NCBI RefSeq assembly: GCF_000315625.1
Contig: NW_005434628.1
Location: 200,595-264,594, forward strand
Reading direction: 5' to 3'
From: Guillardia theta CCMP2712
Lineage: Eukaryota > Protista > Cryptophyta
Length of the DNA: 64,000 nucleotides
A model generated the notes under the pieces. The model saw only the letters and a list, made by a program, of their open reading frames with translations, had not been told where the DNA came from and made no database searches. Positions within the stretch are counted from its first letter, which is position 1, and each line of letters begins with the position of its first letter. Positions 1-12,768 of this stretch are shown here, in pieces. The translations under genes were made by a program, and so were the position numbers.

Positions 1-388
1 CTAAGATGCACGGATTCGGCAAAGTTGCATGCAATCTCTCACCATCGTCCTGACTCGACTCATTCCTTGGCAGAGAGCGCAAGTGATCATCGGAGGGGTG
101 GAGAAGGGAAGAGGAGACGGTGAGGGCTGATCGAGAGAGAGCAGTGCGAGCATGACGACTTGCAGGATGCATCCTCGTGATTTCCTTCTGATGATCTCGA
201 CGAGCAAATTCCTTCCTGTTTATTCGGTCTCTTCCTTGTCCTTGCAGCCAAACCGCTCGCTCTCCAGAGACATCCTCCTGCTCCTCCTGCTTCTCCTGCT
301 CCTTTTATAGCTCTGCTCCCTCCCCGCTCATCCCCATCCTCCTCCTCCTGCTCCTCCTCCTCATCATCATCATTTTCTCCTCATGATC

Positions 389-936
389 TCATTGTATGCT
401 ATCGAAAACTTTCTGCTTCACAATGTTGTTGAGATTTTCTCTCGAAGTGATGGCAACTGGAGTGACGTAGGCAGAAGCAACTCCACTCCTGCTCCCTCCG
501 TCACTCAAGGAAGAGAAGGGGAGTAGGGAGTTGGGGTGGGGGCCGCAGGCGATAGTTGAAGTCAGAATGTGTATGCAGGAGAGGTGGAGGGAGGAGGGGC
601 AGAACAAGGAGCAGGGAAAAATCATGGCCGAGGAAGCAGGGGCATGCAAATGATGGAGGGGAGTGGGGAGAAGGAAGGGAAAGGATTGGAGGGGGGGGGG
701 GGGTGGTTGGAAGGGAGGAAGTGAGAGAGCAAGGAAGGGAGCGAAGGAGCGAAGGAAGGGGGATGGGGGATGTGAGGGACCTTCTTAAGAGCTGGACGGT
801 GTTTTCTATGGCATCGTCCCTGCAAGGGAGAGTGAGGGAGCACAAGTGGCTTCCAGTCGCACCTCGAGATGACCAGCACGAATGTCTCCGTCCTCTTCCA
901 CTCCTCGCATTTCCTGCAGCCAGTGTTAGACCTTCC

Positions 937-986
<50 letters not shown>

Positions 987-3900
987 CCCCCCATGCTCCT
1001 GCTCCTCTCTTCCTCACCTTCCGGCAAAGAACGAGATCTCATGATCGGCTGCTTCTGGCAGGCCTGTGCTGGCACGATGGAAGCTGAAACAAGACGATGA
1101 GCGAGGAGTTGATTTGGAGAGAAGTGAAGAGTAGAAGGGAAGAAGGAGGGAGGGTGAAGAGAGGGAGGGATGGAAGGAGGGATGGAAGGAGAAGGGAGGG
1201 AGGGAGGAGAGGGGGAGGGAGGAGAGAGGGAGGGAGGAGAGAGGGAGGGAGAAAGGAAGGAGGAGAGAGGAAGAGAGTTATCACTTCAGTGGGTTCGGCA
1301 TCATTCCATCGTAGTGTCTGCTGCAAAACACTTGCACGGGATGCTTCTTGCGGATAGAGGAGGAGGGCTGTTGGTACCACTTGCTGATTATCTGGTAGCG
1401 CAAGGATCAGCCGCAAGCTCAAGGAAAGAGGAGAGATTGGTATAAACCAAAGAAACTACGAAGGGAGGAGAAGGAGAAGAGGCAAGCAAGAAGGTAAGAA
1501 GAGCAAAACGGGGCAGCAAGTTGACACGGGCAACGGGCAAGATCAACGAAGAAGAGGAAGGAAGACGAGGAGAGGAGGGATGAGCAGCAAGGAGAACAGC
1601 TTGGAAAGTAGCAAGGATTCTTCACCTTGAGAATCTTTCCGCTGTTATCCCCATCCACCAACAGCTGTACGGCAGGCGCTTTCTTGGTAACATTGTGTGC
1701 GTCCGCCCCACCTGCTCCTCCTTCGCACGTCCTCTTCTTCTTTTCTTTCTTCCGCAACTCTGCCGCTGCGGCTCTCCGAGGACTTGTTGAGTTGAAGGCC
1801 TCGCTGGAGTTGGAGGAGGAGGTCTGGTTGACCTCCTCCCTTCCCTCGCTCATCTCGTGATTCCTCTTACGGAAGCTTGCGAGCCTGTTCTCCATCTCCC
1901 TCTGCCACACGCTCTTCCTCTCCCACCATGACATGTTCCCGTCCTCCTGGACCAGCATTGCTTCCTGCCCGCACATGCCTCCTGCTTCGACCCCCCTTCA
2001 CCTCCTGCTGTTGCAACAGCTTCTGCTGCTGCAGTTTCGTTTCTCACCTCCCTCTGCCCCACCTCCCTGCTTGCTAGATGAAGTTGATGAGTTGCGACAA
2101 CTTCATCCTCCATCGTCTCCTCCTTCAGCATCGGCACATTACACATTCCTCCCTGGCCTGCCCCCACTATCTGTACAGAATCCACAGCCACTTCCTGCTC
2201 TGTGAGCCCTGCTGGCGCCTCGTGCTCTGTCTGCTTCCCTGCTCGCACTCCCTGCTCCTGCCCTTCAACCACTCTCCCCCCCGTAGATCCCTTGGGATTA
2301 AGTTCCCCGTCCCCACCCCCATCCCTCTTGTCGTCCATCGTCATCGCCTCCTTGCCTCCAGTTGCTCCTTCTAGCGCCTCCTTCTCCTCTCCTTCCTCCT
2401 CGCATTCCATCTCGTCCGTCTCCCTACACGTCCCTCCATCGCAACCTCCAGGAGCCTCCGCGAGCTTCTCGTCTGACTGCAGGCTGACGTCATTCAACTT
2501 GTATTGCTCTAGCAGGAAAGGAAGTCAGGACACTTGAAGCTCACAACACAGGCGACCTCACCGTCTTTCCCTTCATCATCATCATCGAACATGGAGATGA
2601 CAGGTTCAAGTGCTTGAGTACAAGATTCTGAATGCTTGTCATTCTCTCCATCCCCTCTCTGCTGCTGCTCCTCCCCTTCCCTCCGCCCCTCCCCCCCCCT
2701 CTCCTCCTCCTGTCTCCTTTGCTCTTCCCCGCACCCCTGGCTCTCGGATGGAGCCAGCAACTCGTCATCGGCCCACGTGGTACCTCTCAACATGCTCTTG
2801 ATAGTCTGCGACTGATCTTGTGACAGCTTCGCGTTAGCTACAGGTGACAGCAGCAACCTACTGTCCTCCTCCGCAGCTCCAGACACATCTCCTTCCAGCT
2901 CTCCTTCCCTCTCATTGCCGAATCTCGAATCGTCCTCTCTGCTCGCCCACTTCTTGACATTTTTCAGCTGATCGGCGTAAAGGAGTTTGATCCCTGCTAT
3001 CGCGAGCTTGCTGGCTTCCCTCTCGGCGCTCCGCTTGTTTTGCGCATCTTTCACTGTATGGACAACTCGCCCTGCAGTCACCTGCCAATGTATGAGCGAT
3101 TGTCCCGTCGCCATCATCGCATCGCTGCCAAAGACATCAACACTACATCCATCGAAGCGATCAAAACTACATCCATCAAAGAGCTCATCACTATGTTCAT
3201 CAAACAGCTCATCACTACAATCATCCTAGCAAGCAGCAGCCAAGTTGAGCAAGCATTCATGCCCCACAGACTACTCTAGGGCAGGAACCTGCTCCGCAAC
3301 AGAGCTCGAGAGCTCTAGAAAACGCTCGAGGCGCATACCTGACAGGCAAACCTCGGCTCATGATCAGGACCTTCTTTCGTCGTCGCGTATGATGGTTCAT
3401 TCAAAGAGAGGTGCTTGCAAAGCTCCAACAGCGTCACTAGAGGCAAAACTTCAACATCCGCACATGACTTCAACACTCGGAACCTTTTGGGTTACCCCGG
3501 TGACTGTCGGCTGCACTTGATGCTCTGACATCCGCCGTTCTTTCAACTCTACTTGACGACGGCACACGACGCCCTCCTCCCGTCTTCGTCTCACTGTCTT
3601 CAGCTTTCTCCTCGCCCCTCCTCTCGCTCTCTGCATCCAGATCCTCCACCGTGAACTTCCTCCCGAACTTCGCTTCCTCCAACGCAATCAGCCTGCCCCT
3701 CTCAATCTGCGTCGACAGGTCCTCATTGGCTGCACAATCATGAGAATCCTTCCCATGAGAACGAGCGTCGCTCTACCTTGTCCCCTCGAACTCATCAGGT
3801 CCTTCTTCATCGGGGAGAAGAACCTGTCATACCCGCACTTGTGGCACCTGCAGCAAAGTGAAAACTTGCCCACAGCCACTCACTGCAGACTTGTCTCTCC

Positions 3901-4164
3901 TTCTGAAGTTCGAGCCCCCGCAGCTCGCGCATTTCCAGTCGCCTGCACCGGAGCCATCACCCCCTGACCGATCTCTCCCGCAATCTTACTGGATCCCATT
4001 TCCTGCGACCCTCCACGGAGCCTCACGACCGCGGCAGGCCGTTCCTGTGCGCGTTCAAGGACCTGCAATGGCGACATGGCCCTCTGCTCCAGCAAGCTGG
4101 TCGAATGAATGCAGCATAGCAGCACGAAGGCAGGGAGGAGGCGAAGGAATGTCCCCTCCTCCAT
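389..4164 (-). CDS. Multi-exon protein with N-terminal signal peptide, RLRGG motif, one dsRNA-binding domain (dsRBD) and a long acidic/low-complexity C-terminal part
   Basis: ATG 4164 gives MEEGTFLRLLPAFVLLCCIHSTS...VVRLRGG. Splicing GT-AG introns across ~3500-2985 gives NPKVTLLELCKHLSLNEPSYATTKEGPDHEPRFACQ|VTAGRVVHTVKDAQNKRSAEREASKLAIAGI, which fits the dsRBD consensus (helix 1, GPxH loop, KxxAE helix 2). ORFs 2509-3117, 1850-2497 and 1419-1976 are acidic downstream exons. The 3' end (stop at 389) is tentative. Confidence 0.7.
3135..3230. repeat. Degenerate ~24-bp tandem repeat (about 4 copies) in the intron that splits the dsRBD
   Basis: catcaacactacatccatcgaagc / gatcaaaactacatccatcaaaga / gctcatcactatgttcatcaaaca / gctcatcactacaatcatc. 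Confidence 0.7.
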
Positions 4165-4734
4165 TTCCGATCGCCTGTGTAGCATGCTCACACTCACAAG
4201 CAGACAAGGTTGTCTCACTTCATTCAAGATACGCGCGCGCGCGCTCACTCTCTCTGCTTGCTCTCTGCCTCAACTTCGTCCATGGACTCTCATGAGCTCT
4301 CCGTGAAAAACTCTACTACTTTTCATGAACTGTTCCCTTTGTCCCAATCCCCCTCCTCCTGCATTATGCAATGTTCAGGCTCTCCTTCGTCCTCTTCCTC
4401 TTGCTCGTTATCATCATCGCCTTCCTTCTCCTTCTCCTCCTTCTCCTCCTCCTCCTCCTTCGATCATATTTTCGTCATCGACGACGACCAGCGGAGCAGA
4501 AGTCCTTCTTGCCCTGGAGATGCAGATTGACGAAAACATCCGAGCATGCCTGCGGGTCCCATGCGTCCCGACAGCGAATACCCGGTTCTTACCTCGGGGT
4601 AGAGTCAACCAATTGAAAATTATCTCCAAATTGTGTTGTTAAAATAGAAAATTTGATATGATTATTTGAAAATATTGTCCAAGAAGTGAAATAAAAAATC
4701 ACATTCGGAGGGTGGGTCAGGGCAGCAAGCAGGC

Positions 4735-6286
4735 ATGGCGGAGTGCTGGAAAGATCTGTAAGTGAGAGGAGGAGGAGAGGGAGGGACGAGGCGGCAGCGA
4801 TAGGAGATGCAAGATTAGAGGAAATGGCGAGAGGCTAGGAAGTGGTTCAAGAGTGTTGGAGCGCATGGAAGGAAGCAGTGGAAGGGAGCGACACGGCAAC
4901 AATGAGGAGGACAGTAAGCGAGGAGGAGAGACAGGAGGGAAGTGAAGAGAAGAAACGAAAGTCTTGCCCGGTGATAAACAAATCATGGAGGTGGATAATA
5001 GTTGATGCGGGAAGAGAGAGGAGGTAGAATTGTTCCGAATGTTTCGGTTACTTCCAACAGCATGCGCTGTCAATTCTGATGCAAGAATCGTTTGCAGGAT
5101 CGAACGAGACGAGGGGAAGGCAGTTGCAGTCAAGGAAGCATGCAGGCTTGTCATGATGGCAGTGACCCAGGCCGTGTTCGACGACTGCTCGCATGAGATC
5201 CTGTCAGAGCATCAAGGTAGCGTCAATTTCTTCACTCAGTTTCTCTTCCCGCACGCTGTTTCTCTTCCCGCACGCTGGCTGACTGCGACCTGGCGGGCAG
5301 CACCTGCAGCAGACAGGAGCAAGAGAGAAACTGCCGCTCGTCATGAGTCGAACCATGCAGAGCCAAGGCGGTGAGACGCTAGCTTGCCTCGGTCACGTAA
5401 GAACTGACGTCTGATCGTCTCGTGCGACCTTTGATCAGGCATGCCCGTAGCCCAACAAAGGATGATAATCATCGAGAGGACAAAGTTGAAGCTGCTCCAC
5501 TGCGCTCTACTGCCTCCGAGGACAGGTTGCTGCGCTTCACCTGCATGCTGCCTCTCTGACTTGAAAGCACCCAGACAAGATCACCATAGGGAGGTACCTG
5601 ACTCGTCCGCTTCCAAAGGGACCAACAGAAACAGGTGACGAAAGTGTGCGAGGATGTGAGGGTGGGGAGAGAGACGCAAGTTGCGCAGCAGAGAGGACGA
5701 GGTTGAGGGGGCTGCCGTTGGAACCCTCCTCTGCCGTGTGTTGTGTGCTCCTACCATCGCTGAACTCAATCCTCGGTAGACCCGGCGACGAGGGGGAGAG
5801 TCAGAAGTCGAGTGAGAGGAGCAAGGATCGTCAGCACCCAGAAGGAAGCAGGTGCGCTAGATCCGCTTCCTCTCAACGGGCTGCCCTCATTGCTCCCCAG
5901 GGATTTTCGTACCCTTGATGATGGTGTGCCGTCGTCGCGTCGGGGAGCACAAGAGAAAGAGGCTTCACCGAGTCGAGGCAGGAAGCCGCAGAGGTCGAGG
6001 AGCAGAAGCAGGGGTCACTATAGGTCATCCCGAGGGAGGAGCAACGAGAGAAGCAAAGGCTACCGGCGATCCTCGAGAGAGAGGAGCAGGAGCAGGGGAT
6101 ATCGGCGATCCTCGAGGGAGAGAAGCAGGAGCAGGGGATATCGGCGATCCTCGAGGGAGAGGAGCAGGAGCAGGGGATATCGGCGATCCTCGAGGGAGAG
6201 AAGCAGGAGCAGGGGAAGGGATCGCAGGCAGTTCTGGAGAGATAGGTCGAGGAGCAGGAGCAGGGGATACCGTAGGGCGCCACGAG

Positions 6287-6327
<41 letters not shown>

Positions 6328-6381
6328 GGATATCGACGATCCTCGAGGGAGAGGAGCAGGAGCAGAGGAAGGGGCCAATGA
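4735..6381 (+). CDS. Multi-exon protein with C-terminal Arg/Ser-rich (RS) domain
   Basis: Final exon (ORF 5812-6381) is RSRSRGYRRSSRE repeats ending at TGA 6379-6381. Upstream short exons have GT-AG borders from a candidate ATG at 4735; the 5' structure is uncertain. Confidence 0.55.
6058..6366 (+). repeat. Coding 39-bp minisatellite (13-aa RS repeat), 4 near-perfect plus degenerate copies
   Basis: Unit ggggatatcggcgatcctcgagggagag(a/g)agcaggagca is repeated in tandem. Confidence 0.9.
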
Positions 6382-7567
6382 TGGTGGACAGAACTGTGAT
6401 CTGGGTGAATATCAGGAGGCCATGAATCCCGAGGCTGGACCTCCCGTACTACAGATGTCCCAGTAATTCAGTGAACTTCGGAATGACTTTTACTTTCCGC
6501 TGAGCGATCTAGCCATAACGTGGTCACTGTAAAGTTCCGAGCAGTGAAGTGAGTCAACACAGGACTGGAGGATGTCTCGCCCAATCTCACACAGTTGTAC
6601 TGAGAATGAAGGCGTGCCAGTATGGCTCATTGAATCGCCGATGACCAGTCCGGGCCCGGCGCTCCCGCCGCGGCTAAATCAGGGGATCAACTTAGCAGTG
6701 AGCTACTCGCGAAAAGTTGAAGGGACCTTCAACAACAACTTCATAAGATATCAACTTTCTCGTCATTTGCCCGGCTGACGCAGCAATGAATGCAAACAAA
6801 GAGCATCCCACTCCCAGCTGCCTGAACCCCGACGGCTCCCAGTCCAGCAGACGCACTGCAGACGCGCTTGCTCAAGTTTCTCCTCACACTGAGTCTCTCA
6901 GCAGCACTACTGTACCATCTAGGACGAATTCACCCGCATCAGCCTCGCTCTTCCTTGACAGCATCTCCAGGCCGCAACCAGCTTGAAGCCCTCTTGCCAA
7001 CCTCTCGTTGCTTCATGCGGGCCACATCGCAAGCTGCCAGCCCGTTGATTCGTCAAGTGCAGCCGGCAGGGAGCAGATGTGATGCCATGAAGGGAGGTGT
7101 GGCAAGCCATGCAGAACGACGACTTCGAAACTGCCAGGTTGGCTTCGAGATTGCTCAAAGAGAAAGGGTCAAGCCGAGGCTACGACTCGAGCTCAAGAGC
7201 GCATGAGCGCGTCAGATCAGCTCTGCAAGTGACAACTCTTCCTTCGCTCCATCTTTGCAATTCATTATGTGTGTAATGATAGGTTTTTCCTCTCTCTTGG
7301 TTCTATTACAGGGTCTGTTTCGTGTCAACGTGCAAGAACATACGATGATGTTGACTATGAGGTGATTTTGCACCGAGATGATCACCGCAATGCCAAGAAG
7401 GAGTTTGGGGAAGGATATGATTTTTTATTATATCACACAGATTCTACAATGTAGAAACGCTCAAGTTAGTTTCAAGACGATTTCTCACAAAAAGGTTATT
7501 CGTACTCATCGGTTAATCAAGTTTTCAGTCGCACTTTAAGGCGATTCGTTGCCGTACCCCACCCATC

Positions 7568-8035
7568 TCACAAGTGAACCGTAATGAACCTTGCCAGGGG
7601 TCGGCTCTCCTCCCTTGCTATCTGCACTCCTACTTGACGGTTCCGCATTCTTCGGGCGATGATGCTCTTCTCATACTCTGACATCTCCTCGTCATGTCCA
7701 AATCCCGTCAGAGCGTGCAGTATGTTGTCTGAGCACGAGCGGGTCATTCCTCTATTTGGCATATTCACATCCACTCGCGTTTGCTGGAGGTCTGTAGCAG
7801 AGCTGCTCCTCATCATTGAGGAAAGATCAGATCCAGGATCGGACATGCATGCGCTTCCTGGCCTCGACCTCAAGAATCTCTTCGGAGGGGGATGATAAGT
7901 CGCGCGTCGAGGCGACGAAACCTTCTCATCCTTGTGAACTTGGGGGAGATTGAAAACAACATTGACGGCGCAGTCGTTGTCGATCACTTGGATATCCCTG
8001 GCCTGCATCATGAATTTGTCTCCCTTGCCCTGCAT
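7568..8035 (-). CDS. Single-exon hypothetical protein (~155 aa)
   Basis: Non-low-complexity ORF MQGKGDKFMMQARDIQ...RFITVHL with AT-richer flanks; no family recognised. Confidence 0.55.
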   Translation of the reverse strand: MQGKGDKFMMQARDIQVIDNDCAVNVVFNLPQVHKDEKVSSPRRATYHPPPKRFLRSRPGSACMSDPGSDLSSMMRSSSATDLQQTRVDVNMPNRGMTRSCSDNILHALTGFGHDEEMSEYEKSIIARRMRNRQVGVQIAREESRPLARFITVHL

Positions 8036-8426
8036 CTTCAGTCTTCGTCCTTCTGTCGTGTTTCTTCTCTCGTGGGAGCGATTGTTGTTGCTCGCCTGCT
8101 GTCCTTTTATAACGAAACACAATTGCATCCCATCACTTGTATGTTTTAAAGTCGCCCCGCGTCTGACGACCGAAAGGGATAGTTTTCGTATCTGAGCTGT
8201 GAAACGTTGATTCTTAAGAGAGTCACAGAAAGCTCCAGGGCCGAAGAAGGTGGAGTTGGCTTCCGAGGCGCTGGGCGCTGTTCACGAGACCACCACCTTG
8301 ACTCTACCGTGATCATACCCAAGTACCGGTCCTTTGAAGAGGAATTACATACACCCCTGGTACACGAGGCTCGAGATTGATATTTGAATTGACAGAGAAC
8401 AAGAACCTGTCAATATTATAACCCTT

Positions 8427-9530
8427 TTAACTTTGAGTAAACTGATTATAATAGCCCCCAAGGTTTACAGCTCCCTTCGCTGCCGCTGAGTCAAGCTTGT
8501 GGCTTACACGGTGAGTGACAGTAGTAGTAATAACGTCTTTCGTCTGCGTCGGACCTCAACTCCGGTGAGATATCCTGTGCCGTCATGATCGGACATATCC
8601 GGTAACGTGACTACAATGCCAGTTTCCTTATGAGTCCCTGTCGGTGAGCTCGGAGGTGGTCCCGGCGGAGCCCGTGCCACACTCGGAACCAGGGGCGGCG
8701 GGCCGGCCCTGAGGCTCCCGACGGTACTGCTATCCGACCCTCCGACATCAAAGATTCCGGAGTGAGATGCCGTCCAGGCAGAGGCGAGGACTTTGAACTT
8801 CCGCAACTCAACTGAAGGCCGCCCGGCTACTGGAGGCGGATGGCATGCCGGGTTAATCCTGGACTCTTCAGCATGTCACATGTTTTTGACAATGATGGTT
8901 GAATACCGGACCGTCTCGCTCGGAGCAAACTGCAAGCAGCAGCACAGCGGACTCCCGGAAGATCCGAGGGCATCGTCATGCATCACGGTGCTCAGCACGT
9001 CCTGCCAACCTGAGGCCTTTCTTCCCATCATTGCCAGCACTGATGGACTCTTGCAGGATGATGCGTTGCGCTCAATTCTGTGGTACGGTCGCTGGCGGAT
9101 CATCCGATCGCTCGGCGGACCGTCGCAAGGTTGTATGCGTCTCACTGGCAAGTTCCGCTGTCACATAGGAAGTGAAGGTATCATCAGTTAAGTTTGGGGG
9201 AAAGCAGTCGGCAGGATTAGGTTTGGTTCTTGCTGTCTTTTCTCTCCTCGCGGCGTTTGGCCCAGTGGACAGTGACCGCGACAGTGTCAGGGTCAAGCCT
9301 CCTCGACTCTGACCTGTTTGTCCTCGTACTGATCTTTAACTTAACTTTGAGTAAAGGCTATCCGATCGATCAGGGCCCGTCCGAGTCACGGGGGCCGGCG
9401 GTCCGGCGACCACGGCAGTTGAGGCGGACCCGAGCCCAGGCTCGACTCGGCGTGACGGTCGACTCGCCTCGGACCGGCGGCGTCGGACTCAGTAAACTGG
9501 CACCCGCGGCCGCCGGGCCCGCCGCTGCCT
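8427..9530. repeat. Intergenic CCGG/GGCC-rich island(s) with a 15-bp direct repeat (ttaactttgagtaaa at 8427-8441 and 9341-9355); candidate dispersed repeat
   Basis: Exact 15-mer direct repeat. A 24-mer at 9324-9347 matches the reverse complement of 47638-47661 with 1 mismatch. catgatcggac at 8584 recurs at 16735. Confidence 0.5.
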
Positions 9531-9810
9531 TGCTATCAATTTTGTGCTGTCCGAGTCTATGCAGGTGAGTTGCGGGGAAAGCTTGTTGGCAGGGAGGAGG
9601 GGGGAGGGGGGGGAGATGCGCAGGGGGGGGTGAGGAAGAGGAAGAGGAAGAGGTAGGGGAAGAGGCAGAGAGGAAGATGGTGCAATGCAAATTCCGCAAG
9701 GAAGAGAAGAAAAGCGGGAGGGGCATGTCCCTTGTATGACCGTCTCTTACTCCCTCGCTTTGCTTGGCTTCCTACTGCGCTGAGCTGACGCGTTGAGGGC
9801 AGGCGCCATC

Positions 9811-12700
9811 ATGAACGGTGACGAGCTAGATGATGCTCCGGTTTTAATCGACATGGAAGAAGTCCGCAATCTTGAGATGTCAGAGCAAACGCAGCTCGAG
9901 GCCAGCGACTCCCATGAGCCGGGCAGGGAGATCGAGGCGTCTCTGTTGAGCTTGCTCGAGAGGTTCGCGCTCAGAGCACATGCTGCTGTAGAACGAGAGT
10001 CTTATTGGAGCACCGCAGGTGCAGGACGATCGAAGAACTCGGGAAGCTGTCGAATGCAGTGCACAGGATCCACAGCTTCCTGGATGACGAGCTCGCTTCC
10101 AGGAGCTGCCCGGACCTCTCGGCAGACGAGGACATGGCAAGGAAGCTGCAGTACGAGTTGGAGAACGAGGATATCAGGCTGCAGGTGGAGATGATCGAGA
10201 TGCGAAGCAAGCGACTTACGCCATCACAGAACGAGAGGCAGCTCGAGAACTCGAGGCTGTTCCAAGACTTCCTGGAGCAGGAGAGGACATGCCAGGTATG
10301 GCCCGACACCTCCGGGGCATGCCTCTCCTGAAGTCCCTTGCTGGGCAGGTTTGCGAGACCAGGTGCGATGCTGCCGAGATCGGCCGCAGCGTCCAACAGG
10401 TTGATTGCGGTCACCATGTCTGCGCAAGGTAGGAGGATGACCAGAAAGACAAGACTGCCCCATCGTTGTCCTAACGCATTTGACCTGTGTCGCTCCCTGA
10501 CTGCATGCTCCATCCGCTGCTCTGACAGCCTCTACTTTGTCTTCTCCCCTCGCTCCTCTTCCTCTCTCCATCCATCATCGTATCCTCCTGACGCTGTCTC
10601 TGTAGCTGCTTCAAGCAATTTGTGGATCAGCGGGAGCCGAGTCGGCAGACAGACTACGTATGTCCCATAGAGGGATGCGGCGAGCTCCTACATCAGATGA
10701 ATGTACAGTCGTCCCTTCCCTTCCCTTCCCTTCCCTTTCCTCCCGAGCCCTTACCTCGCATTCCCTCCTCTTCCATTCCCTTCCTCCCCCCTCTCTCTCT
10801 CTCCGCTCTCTTCAGGGCTCGAGGTGATTCTCGGGGGTCCAGGTGAAAGGTCTGCTCCCTGCTGAAGACTTCGACAAGTATGTCTCGCTGCAGATCTTGG
10901 ACATTGACGGTGAGCCCGCCCCTGATGGAGCGATTGCATGAGCAAGTGGGGCAGACGGCTCTGCGACCATCGCCGGGAAGCTCGTGAAATGCCCGATGAA
11001 GTGAGAAACTTCGCCTTCATAGTGCCTCCTTCTCCTCTTGAAACACCTCCCTGCTATAGCCACTCCTCCTCTCTTTCCCTGCTTTCTTCCTTCTTTTCTC
11101 TCCTCGTCCTCCTCGTCCTCGTCCTCGTCCTCCTCGTCCTCCTCCTCCTCCTCCTCCTCCTCCTCCTCCTCCTCCTCCTCCTCCTCCTCCTCCTCCTCCT
11201 CCTATGTCACTACACGGCCTGATACCTCCACCAACAGCTGCGGTTGGGCTGTTATCATGGAGCCCTCGCACCAAGACAGGCAGCTCCCCCCTCACTGGAA
11301 CAAGATGATCGGGATAGACGGCAAGCCGCTCTCCGAAGAAGCCTTCCGGCACCGCATGACGTACCGGTTCCGGTGCCGAAAATGCCCGGACACGGACTTC
11401 TGCGCCGAGTGCCTAGCGACGCCCTACCACAACGGGTTCACGTGGTGTGTACTGTGGGGTGTGCGAGGAGGAAGGCGACTGAGGCTTGCGGCTGCAGTGA
11501 GGGGTTCGTGAGGTACAGCAGATCCCGCAAGTGCCGCTACTGCGATGTTCAGATCACCAAGTCCGTCAGCCGGGAGAGGATGAATGACGTTAGCTACTTG
11601 CAGGTGCGAGACTGGAGAGCTTGCTTTCACGTGCTCTGAACCTGTGATCCTCCTCCCCTCTCACCGTCCTCCTACATCTCACCACCTTCTCTGTTCCCTT
11701 CTCTGCCCCACTCCTCCTTCCCCCCCCCCTCCTCTCTTTCTTTCGTTCCTGCAGAGGATTCTAAGGGACAGATTGTACGACGTCAACCAATCCTCTCAGA
11801 CCATCGCAAGTTTACAGCATCTTGTCCAATTGACCGATCCCCTCTCAAACCTGTGTGAAGGTATCGATCTTTTTCTAACCTCCTTACCCTCCTTTCCTCC
11901 TCCTCTTCCTCCCTCCCTCCCTCCCTCCCTCCCGTCCCCTCCTCTATTGCCACGTGACGATGCTGGATCAGCCAATGAGTGCCAGCAGAAGGCAAGACAA
12001 GGCTGCTGCTGCATCCTCCCTTGCGGGCATGTCTGTCTGGGACTGCGAGGAGAGCGACAGTGTCTTGGCTGCCTGCAGTGCGAGGAGATGCAGGGAGCAG
12101 AGGAGGTGAAAGTCGCCGCCAGCGATCTCTGCAGCATCTGCTGGGTCGAAGAGCTCCGCTGTGCTCCCTGCATCAGACTCGAGTGCGGACATGGTAAGCT
12201 AGTGAGGGGAGCGAGGAAGAGGAGGGAAGGAGAGGAGGGAGAGGAGAGGTGCAAGGGAGAGAGATACGGGGAAGCAGTGCTATGGAGGAGAGAAGTTGGG
12301 CAGGAAGGATACAGAGGGAAAGTTGAGATGTTTTGGGAGGGGGAGAGATCGGGAGCAGAGAGGTACGGGAGGCATTAGGAGGTGCGAGGGCAGAAGGCTA
12401 TGGACGAAAGAGGAGGCAGAGGAGGAGGAGAGTGACGGTAGCTATTTCAGTATTCCACTACTCGTGTGTAGTTTCGAAGATCAAGAACTTGTGGTCGGGG
12501 GTTCGGATCACCTTTGGATTCTTGGAATGCCCCCTGTGCAAGAAGCACATGAAGGTGAGACGGTCAAGTCTGAGGCCCCCGCTGCCTGTGAAGCCCCAAG
12601 GTCGAGGAGGGAGTGAAGACGTGCCAACAGGCAAAGGCGATCGAAGACATTATAAAGCCCGGGCTGGAGCTTTACCAGGTGAGGGAGCAGGAGCATGGAA

Positions 12701-12768
<68 letters not shown>

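Noticed and set aside
1-275. Minus-strand ORF fragment at the window edge
   Set aside because: No recognisable motif; frame and gene membership cannot be determined.
501-1445. Overlapping Pro/Ser/Gly/Arg-rich ORFs on both strands (and similar ones throughout the window)
   Set aside because: They are translations of (CCT/GGA)n introns and other microsatellites, not independent genes.
6058-6366. Regular repeats resembling a CRISPR array
   Set aside because: Head-to-tail coding repeats with no unique spacers, no cas genes, and a eukaryotic context.
6786-7454. Short plus-strand ORFs with a hydrophobic stretch
   Set aside because: No consistent spliced model or family could be built; it may still be a small gene.
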